From the NCBI GenBank assembly GCA_030753015.1, contig JASMDC010000001.1:64001-128000 (forward strand): 64,000 nucleotides of DNA. Direction: 5' to 3'. The notes beneath the pieces were generated by a model, which was given only the letters and a program-made list of their open reading frames with translations, did not search any database and had not been told where the DNA came from. A program made the translations under genes and the position numbers. Positions 1 to 8,531 of the stretch are shown here, in pieces; within the stretch, counting starts at the first letter, position 1; every line of letters starts with the position of its first letter. Source of the DNA: Candidatus Undinarchaeales archaeon. GTDB lineage: Archaea > SpSt-1190 > JASMDC01.

Positions 1-1
1 T

Positions 2-724
2 ACGGAGCTTGTGGAACGGACCGTCGTACCGCTTCTGGACCTCGGGTGAGACCAGCACCTCGCGCTTCCCGAACGAGAACGACTCCTCGCCCTTGAGCTG
101 GGGATTTCCCTCCCAGTGGTCCCTTACGGCGTTCACGTAGTCGACTATCTCTGGTTCGTCCTTGTCCATCCACTTGCTGGCGACGTCTGCGAGCTTGATG
201 TACCGCTGGTGACGGTTCCGTCGGTGGCCGGAGGCGAACGTGTAGTTCGGGTGGCCGCTCTCGAGGTAGTCGCGGAAGAAGTTGCAGGCGTACACGTCGA
301 CGCGTTCACCATCGGCCAGATCCTCGATGGCCTGTCGGGTCATGGTGCCGACGAAGAAGTCCTCGGTGGGCTCCCACGAGTCGATGATCATGTCGATCTG
401 GCGGAGAGAGCCGTCCTCCAGCTTCCGCTTGAACGCATCCTGATCCCCGTAGAGGTAGGGTCTGATGTCCTCACCCTTCTCGAACGATGCGACGGCCACA
501 CGTACGAACCAATCGTCGCCCATCTTGACCTTGTAGGCGTCGTCCACGCAGATGTACATGTCGCGGCGGCCCTCATCATAGGGCTGCTTGATGAGGCGCT
601 CGATCCAGGCCGGATCGGTCTCGTCGGGGTGAGCTGTTCCGAGGACCTGGGGGAGCACGGGCTCTAGGTAAGCTGATCCCGTGTCCGTCGTGGCGCTCTC
701 GGCCCCGTCGAGGAGGTAGGTCAT
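2..724 (-). CDS. Uncharacterised protein, paralog of 820..1587 (truncated at window edge, absent from ORF track)
   Basis: Manual translation from ATG 724: MTYLLDGAES...YICVDDAYKV...FEKGEDIRPYL...IIDSWEP...DVYACNFF...FASGHRRNRHQRYIK, open to position 2. Motifs are collinear with the 820..1587 protein. Confidence 0.85.
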   Translation of the reverse strand, partial: MTYLLDGAESATTDTGSAYLEPVLPQVLGTAHPDETDPAWIERLIKQPYDEGRRDMYICVDDAYKVKMGDDWFVRVAVASFEKGEDIRPYLYGDQDAFKRKLEDGSLRQIDMIIDSWEPTEDFFVGTMTRQAIEDLADGERVDVYACNFFRDYLESGHPNYTFASGHRRNRHQRYIKLADVASKWMDKDEPEIVDYVNAVRDHWEGNPQLKGEESFSFGKREVLVSPEVQKRYDGPFHKLR

Positions 725-819
725 CTCGGATGTACCCGTCCGCACCGGGAGGTCCCGGATGCAGCGGACGGTGATAGCGCTGCCTATTAAGTGTTGGTTT
801 TGGGGGACCGGAGGCCCGC

Positions 820-1587
820 CTAGGCCGCACGAGCGTGGGCCGGCTCCTCGTTGAGGGAGCGGTAGTGCTTGCGCACCTCATCGGAGACGTGGACGGTGCG
901 TCCGTGGAGGTCGAAGGTCTCCTGGCCACGAACGCCGGGATTGTCCTGCCAGAACCTGTCCACGTCCTTGACGAACTCGCCCAGGGTTGGCTCGCCGTCG
1001 TCCCTCCACTTCGTGGCCACGTCGGCGGTCTTGACGTATCGCCTGTACTGGTTGCGCCGGTGGCCCGATGCGAACACGATGTCGTCGTGCTGCCCGCCGA
1101 TGTAGGGCTTGAAGAAATTGCATGCGTAGATGTCCACGGCATCGCCGTGCGCCATCTCCGCGATGGCCTTGTTGGTGACGTCGGCGACGAAGTCGTCCTC
1201 GTAGGGCCTCCACGAGTCCATGACGATGTCGATCTGCCTGAACTTGCCCTCCTTCATCTTCTGTCGGAAGGCGTCTCGGTCGCCCTGGAGATAGGGTGTC
1301 ATGTCCTCGCCCTTCTCGAACTCCACGAGGGCGATGCGCAGGTACTTCTCACGGCCGATGTTGACCTTGTAGGCATCATCGATGCAGATGTACCGATCGT
1401 TGTGCCCTACATCGAATGGAGCGGCGAGGACCTCATCTACCTCGGCCGGATCGTCCTCCCACCACGACTCCTTGTAGATGGCGCGGTCGATGTCCCAATC
1501 GACGTAGCCCGGGCCCTTCTCTTGCTCATCATGCTCCGGCCCATTGAACGAATAGCTCAGTTCCGTTGTTCCCACGTCCCCTTTCAA
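820..1587 (-). CDS. Uncharacterised acidic protein (tandem paralog family)
   Basis: 255-aa ORF with YICIDDAYKV, FEKGED, DSW, YACNFF and FASGHRRN shared with the adjacent paralog. Start is TTG 1587 or GTG 1575. Confidence 0.85.
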   Translation of the reverse strand: MKGDVGTTELSYSFNGPEHDEQEKGPGYVDWDIDRAIYKESWWEDDPAEVDEVLAAPFDVGHNDRYICIDDAYKVNIGREKYLRIALVEFEKGEDMTPYLQGDRDAFRQKMKEGKFRQIDIVMDSWRPYEDDFVADVTNKAIAEMAHGDAVDIYACNFFKPYIGGQHDDIVFASGHRRNQYRRYVKTADVATKWRDDGEPTLGEFVKDVDRFWQDNPGVRGQETFDLHGRTVHVSDEVRKHYRSLNEEPAHARAA

Positions 1588-1814
1588 TTGTCCCCTTATG
1601 CAGAATAGAGCATGTTATGTCGTTAATAAATGTTGTCCTCAGCCGTCCGCCCGGCGCTCTCCAGGGCTCGTATTCATCGACAGTTCGTCGGGACTTGGGG
1701 GCCACTCTCGCATCTGATCACTCGATGACAACTATTGTCACTACCCTGAAAAGGTAACGTATATAAGGCGGCTATGGTGCATCTTTTCCTGCGAGCGGGA
1801 CGGACGGTTCTACC

Positions 1815-3620
1815 ATGGCGAAAGTGACCTCTAAAGGTGCTGCGGGCGTCGTAACCGGGTCCGAACATTACCTCGAGGTGGGTGAGGGCGATGACAAGAT
1901 CGAACTGCTCATCGATGCGGGGATGTTCCAGGGCAAGGGTGTCGACAAGATCGATCCGACCAAGAACTGGTTCGAGTCCCAGCTAGAGGGTCCGGACGGC
2001 CACTGGAACGAGACCAACCGCGTGCCCAACGGCGTACCCTACAAGGAGTTGGACGCCGTACTGCTCACTCACGCCCACTTCGACCATAGTGGTAAGTTGG
2101 GCTACCTCGTGCATGAAGGCTTCGAAGGCGAGGTCGTCGGCACGCCTGCGAGCCTGGCACTGGCCAAGGAGATCAACACCGATTCTGCCCGGATCCAGGA
2201 GCAGGAGTGCGAACGGGTGAACGAACTGAGGCCCATCAAGCAGAAGGGCTGGACCAAGGAGCCCATGTACGACGAGCAGGACATCGACACCTTGGCCGGG
2301 CAGTTCCATCCCGTGGACCGCGGCGAGGTCTACACCCTCGAGAAGGGGGACAACCGCGTCACAGCCGTGTTCCAGAACGCCGGCCATATCGGCGGCTCGT
2401 CATCGGTCCAGCTGTTCATCGAGGAGGGCGAGAAGCTCACCTACATGTACGCCACCGGCGACCTGGGGAAGGGGGGCCACCCCATTCTAAAGGACCCGGA
2501 GTACCTACCCCTGCGGCCCGAGGACGTCGGGATCCACAAGGATGTTACCGAGAACATCATGCTTATCGAGTCGACATACGGCGCCCGCGAGCACCAGGAC
2601 AAGTCGGACACGTCCAAGCTCGCAGACGTCATCAACTCCGCCTACCAGCATGCCCAGGACACCAGCGGACGCAGGTCCGTCCTCAAGGCTCATCAGAAGC
2701 ACGTCGACGCACGCCTTGCCGAGATGGAGGAGAAGCTCCGCCATGCTCACGGAGGTCGGGAGCGGCGGGCGATCATAAAGGAATACGGTCCGCAGGCGCT
2801 CGAGGACCAGCAGGAGGTCAGCAAGGACCTTCTCTCGGGACGCGGCGACTACCCTCTTGGGAACGAGAAGGGTCACGTGCTCGTCCCGGTGTTCTCCGTG
2901 GACCGGCTCCAGGAGGTCGCCTGGGACATCATCCGTCTCCAGAAGGATGGCAAGATCCCCAAGGACGTCTCGCTCGTCATCGACTCGTCTCTTGGCGAGG
3001 CGGCCACCGAGATCTACAGCAAGCACAGCGAGGAGTACAACGACCGGACGAACGCGGACCTCAAACGCTTTGGAATGAAGCATATCTTCGACTCGCCCAA
3101 TGTCTATCTGGCGCGCGACATCGACGACAGGAACGGTCCCCCCCGGAACGATGTGAAGATAATCCTTGCAGCGTCGGGCATGATCACGGGGGGGAAGTCC
3201 CCCTTCTATGCATCACGGGTGCTCATGGATCCGGCGGCCACAGTCATAACCGTCGGTTACCAGGGCCACGGCACCCCCGGGCGCTCCCTCCTTGACGAGG
3301 AGGACACGGTCTCGCTCAGGTTCAACAAGCCCACGGGCAACGGCCAGGACATGCAGTACATCAGGGGCACCTACCCCGTCCACAGCGACACGGCCACCCT
3401 CACAGGTCTCTACAGTGGTCATGCGGACATGTCCGACCTGGACGAGCGCGTGGACACGTACGCGGACTTCGTTTCACAGACGTACGGGCAGACCCCCAAC
3501 GTCCACCTCGTGCACGGTGATCCTGACCAGCTCGAGGCGTTCCACGACCGGCTGGCCGCGAACTACGGCGACACCGTGGACGTGGCAATCCAGGAGCGGG
3601 ACGTCAGCTACGAGATCTAG
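1815..3620 (+). CDS. MBL-fold beta-CASP ribonuclease (YSH1/CPSF-like)
   Basis: VTGS start, LIDAG, THAHFDH, AGHIGG, TGDLG, ESTYG, SGM, SGHAD and VHGD motifs. Confidence 0.9.
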   Translation: MAKVTSKGAAGVVTGSEHYLEVGEGDDKIELLIDAGMFQGKGVDKIDPTKNWFESQLEGPDGHWNETNRVPNGVPYKELDAVLLTHAHFDHSGKLGYLVHEGFEGEVVGTPASLALAKEINTDSARIQEQECERVNELRPIKQKGWTKEPMYDEQDIDTLAGQFHPVDRGEVYTLEKGDNRVTAVFQNAGHIGGSSSVQLFIEEGEKLTYMYATGDLGKGGHPILKDPEYLPLRPEDVGIHKDVTENIMLIESTYGAREHQDKSDTSKLADVINSAYQHAQDTSGRRSVLKAHQKHVDARLAEMEEKLRHAHGGRERRAIIKEYGPQALEDQQEVSKDLLSGRGDYPLGNEKGHVLVPVFSVDRLQEVAWDIIRLQKDGKIPKDVSLVIDSSLGEAATEIYSKHSEEYNDRTNADLKRFGMKHIFDSPNVYLARDIDDRNGPPRNDVKIILAASGMITGGKSPFYASRVLMDPAATVITVGYQGHGTPGRSLLDEEDTVSLRFNKPTGNGQDMQYIRGTYPVHSDTATLTGLYSGHADMSDLDERVDTYADFVSQTYGQTPNVHLVHGDPDQLEAFHDRLAANYGDTVDVAIQERDVSYEI

Positions 3621-3643
3621 GTTTTGCGGGTGTACCGGGCCGC

Positions 3644-3835
3644 TCATTCAACGGAGATAGCGGAAGCTGGACACTGGTCTGCTGCGTCCTCGACACATGG
3701 CAGTGACGTGTCGGCTCCCTCGATGACCTGGGATTTCCCGTCATCACCGAGCTCGAAGACCTCGTCGCACACACTGGTGCAGAGCCCACAGCCTATGCAG
3801 ACGTCCTTGTCGACCGAGACGGACAGAGGGTTCAC
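3644..3835 (-). CDS. Monocluster ferredoxin
   Basis: CIGCGLC...CPASAI, 63 aa. GTGA overlap with the thioredoxin stop. Confidence 0.9.
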   Translation of the reverse strand: MNPLSVSVDKDVCIGCGLCTSVCDEVFELGDDGKSQVIEGADTSLPCVEDAADQCPASAISVE

Positions 3836-4194
3836 CCGAACAGCTTGTCCAGCTTAGCCTCCATCGAGGCCTGGGGGAGCGATCCCACGATGCTGTTGAC
3901 GAACTCGCCGTCCTTGAACACCAGGAACGCGGGGATGGCCATGATGGCGTACTTGGTCGGTACCGCGCTGTTCTTGTCCACGTTGAGCTTGGCGAAGGCG
4001 ATGCTGCCCTTGTGGTCCTCGGCCATCTTATCGATCACGGGGCCCATCATCTTGCAGGGTCCGCACCACTCTGCCCAACAGTCGATGACGACCTTGCCGT
4101 ACGTAGTGATGAACGCGTCGAAGTTATCGTCGGTGAGGTCGGGCACATCCACAGGCCATGCACTCTCCTGCACTGACTCCTCGTCATCTCCCAT
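3832..4194 (-). CDS. trxA: Thioredoxin
   Basis: WAEWCGPCK active site and IP cis-Pro motif. Start ATG 4194 is estimated. Confidence 0.92.
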   Translation of the reverse strand: MGDDEESVQESAWPVDVPDLTDDNFDAFITTYGKVVIDCWAEWCGPCKMMGPVIDKMAEDHKGSIAFAKLNVDKNSAVPTKYAIMAIPAFLVFKDGEFVNSIVGSLPQASMEAKLDKLFG

Positions 4195-4425
4195 GGGCTC
4201 CCATGAACGGGCCACATTTTAAGTTGCTTTACATTTCAGAGGGACGCCAGGCCGTAGTGGAGGCGGTCGTGCCACTCCGCCACCTTCCCGTTGTTCCAGT
4301 TCTGGGTCACGAGCTGCCCGCGTTCGAACACGCTGACGGGAATGATATGGGCGATCATCCCCAAAACAAGTTGGAGGGTCTTCTCGCCCGAAATATTATA
4401 AGTCTGAACGCCCGACCGGTCCTCT

Positions 4426-5103
4426 ATGATCCCTGCCCAGTTGCTCGAGCTCCTGGTCATCATCAATCCTCTGGACAAGTTCTTTGTCATGCTGTTCCTG
4501 GGGAAGGACCTGTCCAAGAAGGACATGGGGCGTCTGCTGCACATAACTGCGATCTCATGTGTGCTCATCTCGCTCTTCTTCATCGTCACGGGCCCACTCC
4601 TCCTCGAGCTCTTCCACGTGAAGCTCCCAACCCTTCGGACCGTCGGCGGTATCCTTGTGTTCTACCTGGGCTTCAACGTGGCAACCAAGGGATCCAAGCG
4701 CGTCCTGGACACGAAGGCCGAGGGAGTGGAGACACTATCGACCATGCTGGCATTCCCCCTCTCCACGGGTCCCGGGTTCATCACCGTGCTCCTCACACTG
4801 GTGGCAGATCCCGCCATCGGTCGCAGCACGGTCCTAGGTTACACGCTCGCTGCACTGGCCGTGCTCTTCGTCGTGATGTACGTTGCTACACGGATCGCCC
4901 AAGGGGGCGGCCACAAGAAGGACCGCAAGGGCGGGTTCGTCATCAGCTTTCCCCTCGGGAGTGACAAGGCCTACACTGAGGTGACCTTCGACCTCCATAA
5001 GCTGGAGTTCATTTCCCGGTTCGTCGCTGTGCTCATCTGCTGCATCGGGCTCCAGATGACCCTGGGAGGGCTCCAGGAGCTCGTCCCCGGGCTGTTCAAT
5101 TAA
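4426..5103 (+). CDS. MarC family membrane protein
   Basis: IINPL, GGIL, AFPLSTGPG and about 6 hydrophobic segments. TATA-like ATATTATAAG about 25 nt upstream. Confidence 0.85.
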   Translation: MIPAQLLELLVIINPLDKFFVMLFLGKDLSKKDMGRLLHITAISCVLISLFFIVTGPLLLELFHVKLPTLRTVGGILVFYLGFNVATKGSKRVLDTKAEGVETLSTMLAFPLSTGPGFITVLLTLVADPAIGRSTVLGYTLAALAVLFVVMYVATRIAQGGGHKKDRKGGFVISFPLGSDKAYTEVTFDLHKLEFISRFVAVLICCIGLQMTLGGLQELVPGLFN

Positions 5104-5112
5104 GGTGCGATC

Positions 5113-6117
5113 ATGGTGGATGATGACGGTACGGTCGCGTCTGGGGACAAGATGGTCGAGAAGGAGGCCCCCCACACCCTCCGCGAGCGGCTATACAACA
5201 TCATCTTTGAAACGGACACCCGGGCCGGTCAGGTGTTCGACCTCCTGATCATCGCCCTCATCGCCGTGTCCATCTTCTCCATCATCCTCGAAAGCTACGC
5301 CAACATCCATGAGCGATACGAGTGGTACTTCTCCAACTCGGAGATAATCATCGTTGCCATCTTCACCGTGGAGTACCTGCTCAGGTTGTGGCTGTGCGAC
5401 CTCCATGTGAGCAAAGGGACCGAGGTGCGGACCCTGCTGTTCGTGCTCAAGGAGAAGGTTTCCTACATACTCCGCCCCATGCCGCTGATCGACCTGCTGG
5501 CCATCGCCCCATTCTATCTCTATCGGTTGTTCTCGGGGACGGTGATGATCGATCTCCGGCCCATTCGGGTGTTGCGTATGTTCCGGGTGTTTAGGGTGTT
5601 CAAGCTCGCCCGTTACTCCCTGGCCCTGGAGTCACTGGGGATGGTGTTCTTCAAGCGCTACCGGGTGTTCCAGCTGCTGGGATTCCTGGTGTTCGTGGTG
5701 CTCCTGGCATCCTCCTCTATCCTCTACTCGGTGGAGGAGAAGTCGGCGACCTTCGAGAACATCCCCTCTGCCTTTCTCTGGTCCATCTACACCGTCGCCC
5801 AGGTTGGGACAACGACCCAGCCGGCTACATCGATAGGGCAGTTGATCGCCGGTTTCATGGTGATATTCCTGCGCATCGGCATCGTGTGCGTGTTCGGTGG
5901 CGTGTTCGGCGCAATCTTCATCGAACAGATGGTGCACAAGCGCGCCCAGCGATGTACCAATAAAATATGCGGGTACGACCGGATCGACATAACCGCTGAC
6001 TACTGCCCTGTATGCGGTCACCATATCGCCGTCAAACCAAACTGCTGCGAGGACAATCCCCACTGGGCGAAGTTCTGCCGGTTCTGTGGGAAGCGGCTTA
6101 AGCGAAGTAAAGAGTAG
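5113..6117 (+). CDS. Voltage-gated ion channel family protein with atypical pore loop and C-terminal Cys-rich zinc-ribbon region
   Basis: FTVEYLLRLW, IDLLAIAPFY and S4 sensor RPIRVLRMFRVFRVFKLAR. C-terminal CTNKIC, CPVCG and CRFCG. Confidence 0.85.
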   Translation: MVDDDGTVASGDKMVEKEAPHTLRERLYNIIFETDTRAGQVFDLLIIALIAVSIFSIILESYANIHERYEWYFSNSEIIIVAIFTVEYLLRLWLCDLHVSKGTEVRTLLFVLKEKVSYILRPMPLIDLLAIAPFYLYRLFSGTVMIDLRPIRVLRMFRVFRVFKLARYSLALESLGMVFFKRYRVFQLLGFLVFVVLLASSSILYSVEEKSATFENIPSAFLWSIYTVAQVGTTTQPATSIGQLIAGFMVIFLRIGIVCVFGGVFGAIFIEQMVHKRAQRCTNKICGYDRIDITADYCPVCGHHIAVKPNCCEDNPHWAKFCRFCGKRLKRSKE

Positions 6118-6129
6118 CCACGTCAATCG

Positions 6130-6146
6130 AACGTTAAAAAAACGTT
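6130..6146 (-). terminator. T-tract terminator candidate (minus strand AACGTTTTTTTAACGTT)
   Basis: Seven Ts on the minus strand, about 20 nt beyond the reconstructed pre-insertion cdd stop codon. Confidence 0.4.
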
Positions 6147-6162
6147 AAACGCAATCACTTAC

Positions 6163-7650
6163 AACGGGTTTGAGGCAGAAAGCTCACCTCATTCATGGGT
6201 GGGATGAATGCCGTGTTTCCCCGAGGGAAACCAAACCCGAAAGGGAATTGATCCATACGATTACTGGCACGCCACCCCCCCTAAGTATATGTTGAATCGC
6301 GATCTACTATTATATGGGGAGGTGCGCTGTGAAGCAGGACGCCGATGATCTGAGTCATGTAAGGACGTCACAGTTATCTTGCCATAGCGCTCGGACGACC
6401 CTGCGGACGTTCAAGTACCGTATCTATCCATCCCGGAAGCAGATAATCAGGCTCGACTATCAGTTCTTGCTCTGCCGCGAGATGTACAACACTCTCCTGA
6501 GAAGGTGTCGGAAGGAGTACAGGACGAGTGGCACCTCTTTCAACCGGAAGGCCGAGCTCTGCCGGATCATCAAGGGGATCAAGGACGAGGATTCGAGATT
6601 CAATGCTGTGTTCTCCCAATCGCTCCAGAACGTCGCCGACAGGCTCGCCAAGGCATACCAGCACTTCTTCCGGAGAGTGAAGGAGAGGAAGGTGGGCAAA
6701 CGGGTGAAGGCTGGGTACCCTCGGGCTAAGAAGCGCGTCACGAGCATCACCTACCCCCAGTTCGGGTTCCGGTTCAAGAGCGAGGACAGGCTCCAGGCCT
6801 CCAAGATCGGCAGCATCCCCATCGTACTCCATCGCGTTCCCCGGGGGAGGATCAAGACGCTCACCATCAAGCGGAACCGGGCAGGCCAGTGGTTCGCGTG
6901 CTTCGCGTGCGAGGTCAATGAGGCGGAGGGTACTCCGGCCGATGGCGAGGTCGGCATCGACGTGGGCATCGAGCACTTCGCCACGCTGTCCGACGGCACC
7001 GTCATCGAGAACCCGCGACATCTGCTCAAGAGCGAGAAACGATTGAAGCGGCTCCAGCGCAGAATGTCCAGGAAGAAGAAGGGTTCCCGGAACCGGAGGA
7101 AGGCCGTTCGTCGGCTCGCAAGACATCACGTCCATGTCGCCGACCAGAGGCGTGAATTTCTTCATCGGACAAGTCGTGCGCTCGTCGACCGGTACGGTCT
7201 CGTCGCCGTCGAGAAGCTCAACGAATCCAACATGCTCAAGAACCATTGTCTCGCCAAGCACATCCAGGACGCATCGTGGGACACCTTCATCGGTATGCTC
7301 CGCTACAAGGCTGTAGCGGCCGGGGCGGAGCTGGTCGAGGTGGACCCGAGGAACACATCACAGATGTGCAACCAGTGCGGGAACATCGTTCTCAAGGCGC
7401 TGAGCGTTCGTGTTCATCGTTGCCCGCACTGTGGGTTCGAGGCGCATAGGGACGTGAACGTCGCTCTGAACATACTCGCAAGAGCTAGGGTCGGACAGAC
7501 CCGAAGTCACGCCTGTGGAGATCTCGCCTCTACTCCCGTCACGGAGGCGGGGGCAAGTGGGGTCATTGAATCAGGAACTATACGCGGTCGTCCGCACGCT
7601 CGTGTGGCCACCGCTGGAAGACCGGGGCTTTAGCCTCGGGAGGATGTCAC
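6163..7650 (+). mobile_element. IS200/IS605-family non-autonomous element (tnpB only, IS1341-like)
   Basis: Left: TTAC (6159-6162), 16 nt, AAAG, then hairpin CTCACCTCATTCATGGGTGGG. Right: GAAG, hairpin CCGGGGCTTTAGCCTCGG, GAGGATG, TCAC (7647-7650). The layout matches IS608-type ends. No tnpA. Confidence 0.85.
6314..7633 (+). CDS. tnpB: RNA-guided endonuclease TnpB
   Basis: TFKYRIYP HTH, RuvC-I GIDVG, RuvC-II AVEKL, zinc finger CNQC...CPHC, RuvC-III RDVN. D-E-D triad intact. Confidence 0.95.
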   Translation: MGRCAVKQDADDLSHVRTSQLSCHSARTTLRTFKYRIYPSRKQIIRLDYQFLLCREMYNTLLRRCRKEYRTSGTSFNRKAELCRIIKGIKDEDSRFNAVFSQSLQNVADRLAKAYQHFFRRVKERKVGKRVKAGYPRAKKRVTSITYPQFGFRFKSEDRLQASKIGSIPIVLHRVPRGRIKTLTIKRNRAGQWFACFACEVNEAEGTPADGEVGIDVGIEHFATLSDGTVIENPRHLLKSEKRLKRLQRRMSRKKKGSRNRRKAVRRLARHHVHVADQRREFLHRTSRALVDRYGLVAVEKLNESNMLKNHCLAKHIQDASWDTFIGMLRYKAVAAGAELVEVDPRNTSQMCNQCGNIVLKALSVRVHRCPHCGFEAHRDVNVALNILARARVGQTRSHACGDLASTPVTEAGASGVIESGTIRGRPHARVATAGRPGL

Positions 7651-7670
7651 TTATCTAGCCACCTGGACCG
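7480..7670 (+). ncRNA. Putative TnpB omega/reRNA (right-end scaffold plus flanking guide TTATCTAGCCACCTGG)
   Basis: Inferred from the established TnpB architecture, in which the right end overlaps the tnpB 3' end. The 5' boundary is approximate. Confidence 0.55.
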
Positions 7671-8093
7671 GTCGACGTCCAGGTCCTCGGGCCCGAACCC
7701 GTGGGGGATGAGCTTGGAGAGGATGAACACCTGGGCCTCGCCAAGCAGGTTAGCGGCGATGACCTCCATGTCACCGCCCGGCGGCTTGAACTCCATCATC
7801 TTCTGTCGGCAGAGACCGCATCCGGGGATGAGCCCCTCCTCGAGCACAACGGCCAAGGAGGTGACCTGGTACTCACCGTGCACCGCCGCTGTATTGATCG
7901 CGTTCATCTCGGCATGGCTGGTGAGTGTGTAATCCGCGGACTCGACGTTGCAGCCAACATGGACGTTCCCCGCGCTCGTGCGGGCGGCGGCCCCTACCCT
8001 GAACCCCGAATAGGGGCAGTAGGAGTTCTGCATGGCGGCGATAGCCGCGTCGACGAGCTCCCGCTGCTCGGGTGTGAGGTCGGCGGTCTTCAT
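7647..8093 (-). CDS. cdd: Cytidine deaminase
   Basis: SYCPYSGFRVGAA, GCNVE, HAE and CGLCRQ zinc motifs. Confidence 0.92.
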   Translation of the reverse strand: MKTADLTPEQRELVDAAIAAMQNSYCPYSGFRVGAAARTSAGNVHVGCNVESADYTLTSHAEMNAINTAAVHGEYQVTSLAVVLEEGLIPGCGLCRQKMMEFKPPGGDMEVIAANLLGEAQVFILSKLIPHGFGPEDLDVDRSRWLDK

Positions 8094-8317
8094 GGCCGGA
8101 TCTCGTTGAGGGTCTGGACCAGCTTGATCTTGTTGTTGATAGAGACGTTCTCGATACCGAGAATGCCCATGGCGAGGCTGTCGCTGTTCCTTCCGATCCG
8201 TATAAGGGATACACCACGAGAGTAGAGCTCCACGGCCATCCCCTTGTTCCGTAGGAGGCGGCTGACCTCGTTCAGCTCCTCCTTTGCGTTCAGCAGCTCA
8301 TCGAGCATTGTGGTCAC
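8090..8317 (-). CDS. Small hypothetical protein
   Basis: 75 aa. Four-nt start/stop overlaps with both neighbours. Confidence 0.7.
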   Translation of the reverse strand: MTTMLDELLNAKEELNEVSRLLRNKGMAVELYSRGVSLIRIGRNSDSLAMGILGIENVSINNKIKLVQTLNEIRP

Positions 8318-8517
8318 TTGAGCGACTGCATGATGCGCATGAGGTGGGCGAGCTCTTCAGGATCGCGCAGGTCGACGTCGATCTTCTTGTCAGTGAGCTT
8401 GACGTTGACGAACTCCTTCTTGGACACTTTCAGGTCCACCTCGAGAGGGTGGGCCTTGATGATGTCCAGGACATCGTCGATGAGCTTCTTATCGATCTTG
8501 GGTTTTGCGTCTGTCAT
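8314..8517 (-). CDS. Small hypothetical protein
   Basis: 67 aa, operonic between the Hsp20 gene and 8090..8317. Confidence 0.7.
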   Translation of the reverse strand: MTDAKPKIDKKLIDDVLDIIKAHPLEVDLKVSKKEFVNVKLTDKKIDVDLRDPEELAHLMRIMQSLK

Positions 8518-8531
8518 GTTAGGTCCCTCGC

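Noticed and set aside
116-667. 183-aa plus-strand ORF and similar long antisense ORFs (e.g. 27265..28542, 39450..40721, 54402..55673)
   Set aside because: These are shadow frames opposite well-supported genes, expected in GC-rich DNA.
6314-7633. Cas12f CRISPR effector
   Set aside because: The gene is flanked by clear IS200/IS605 ends and there is no CRISPR array nearby.
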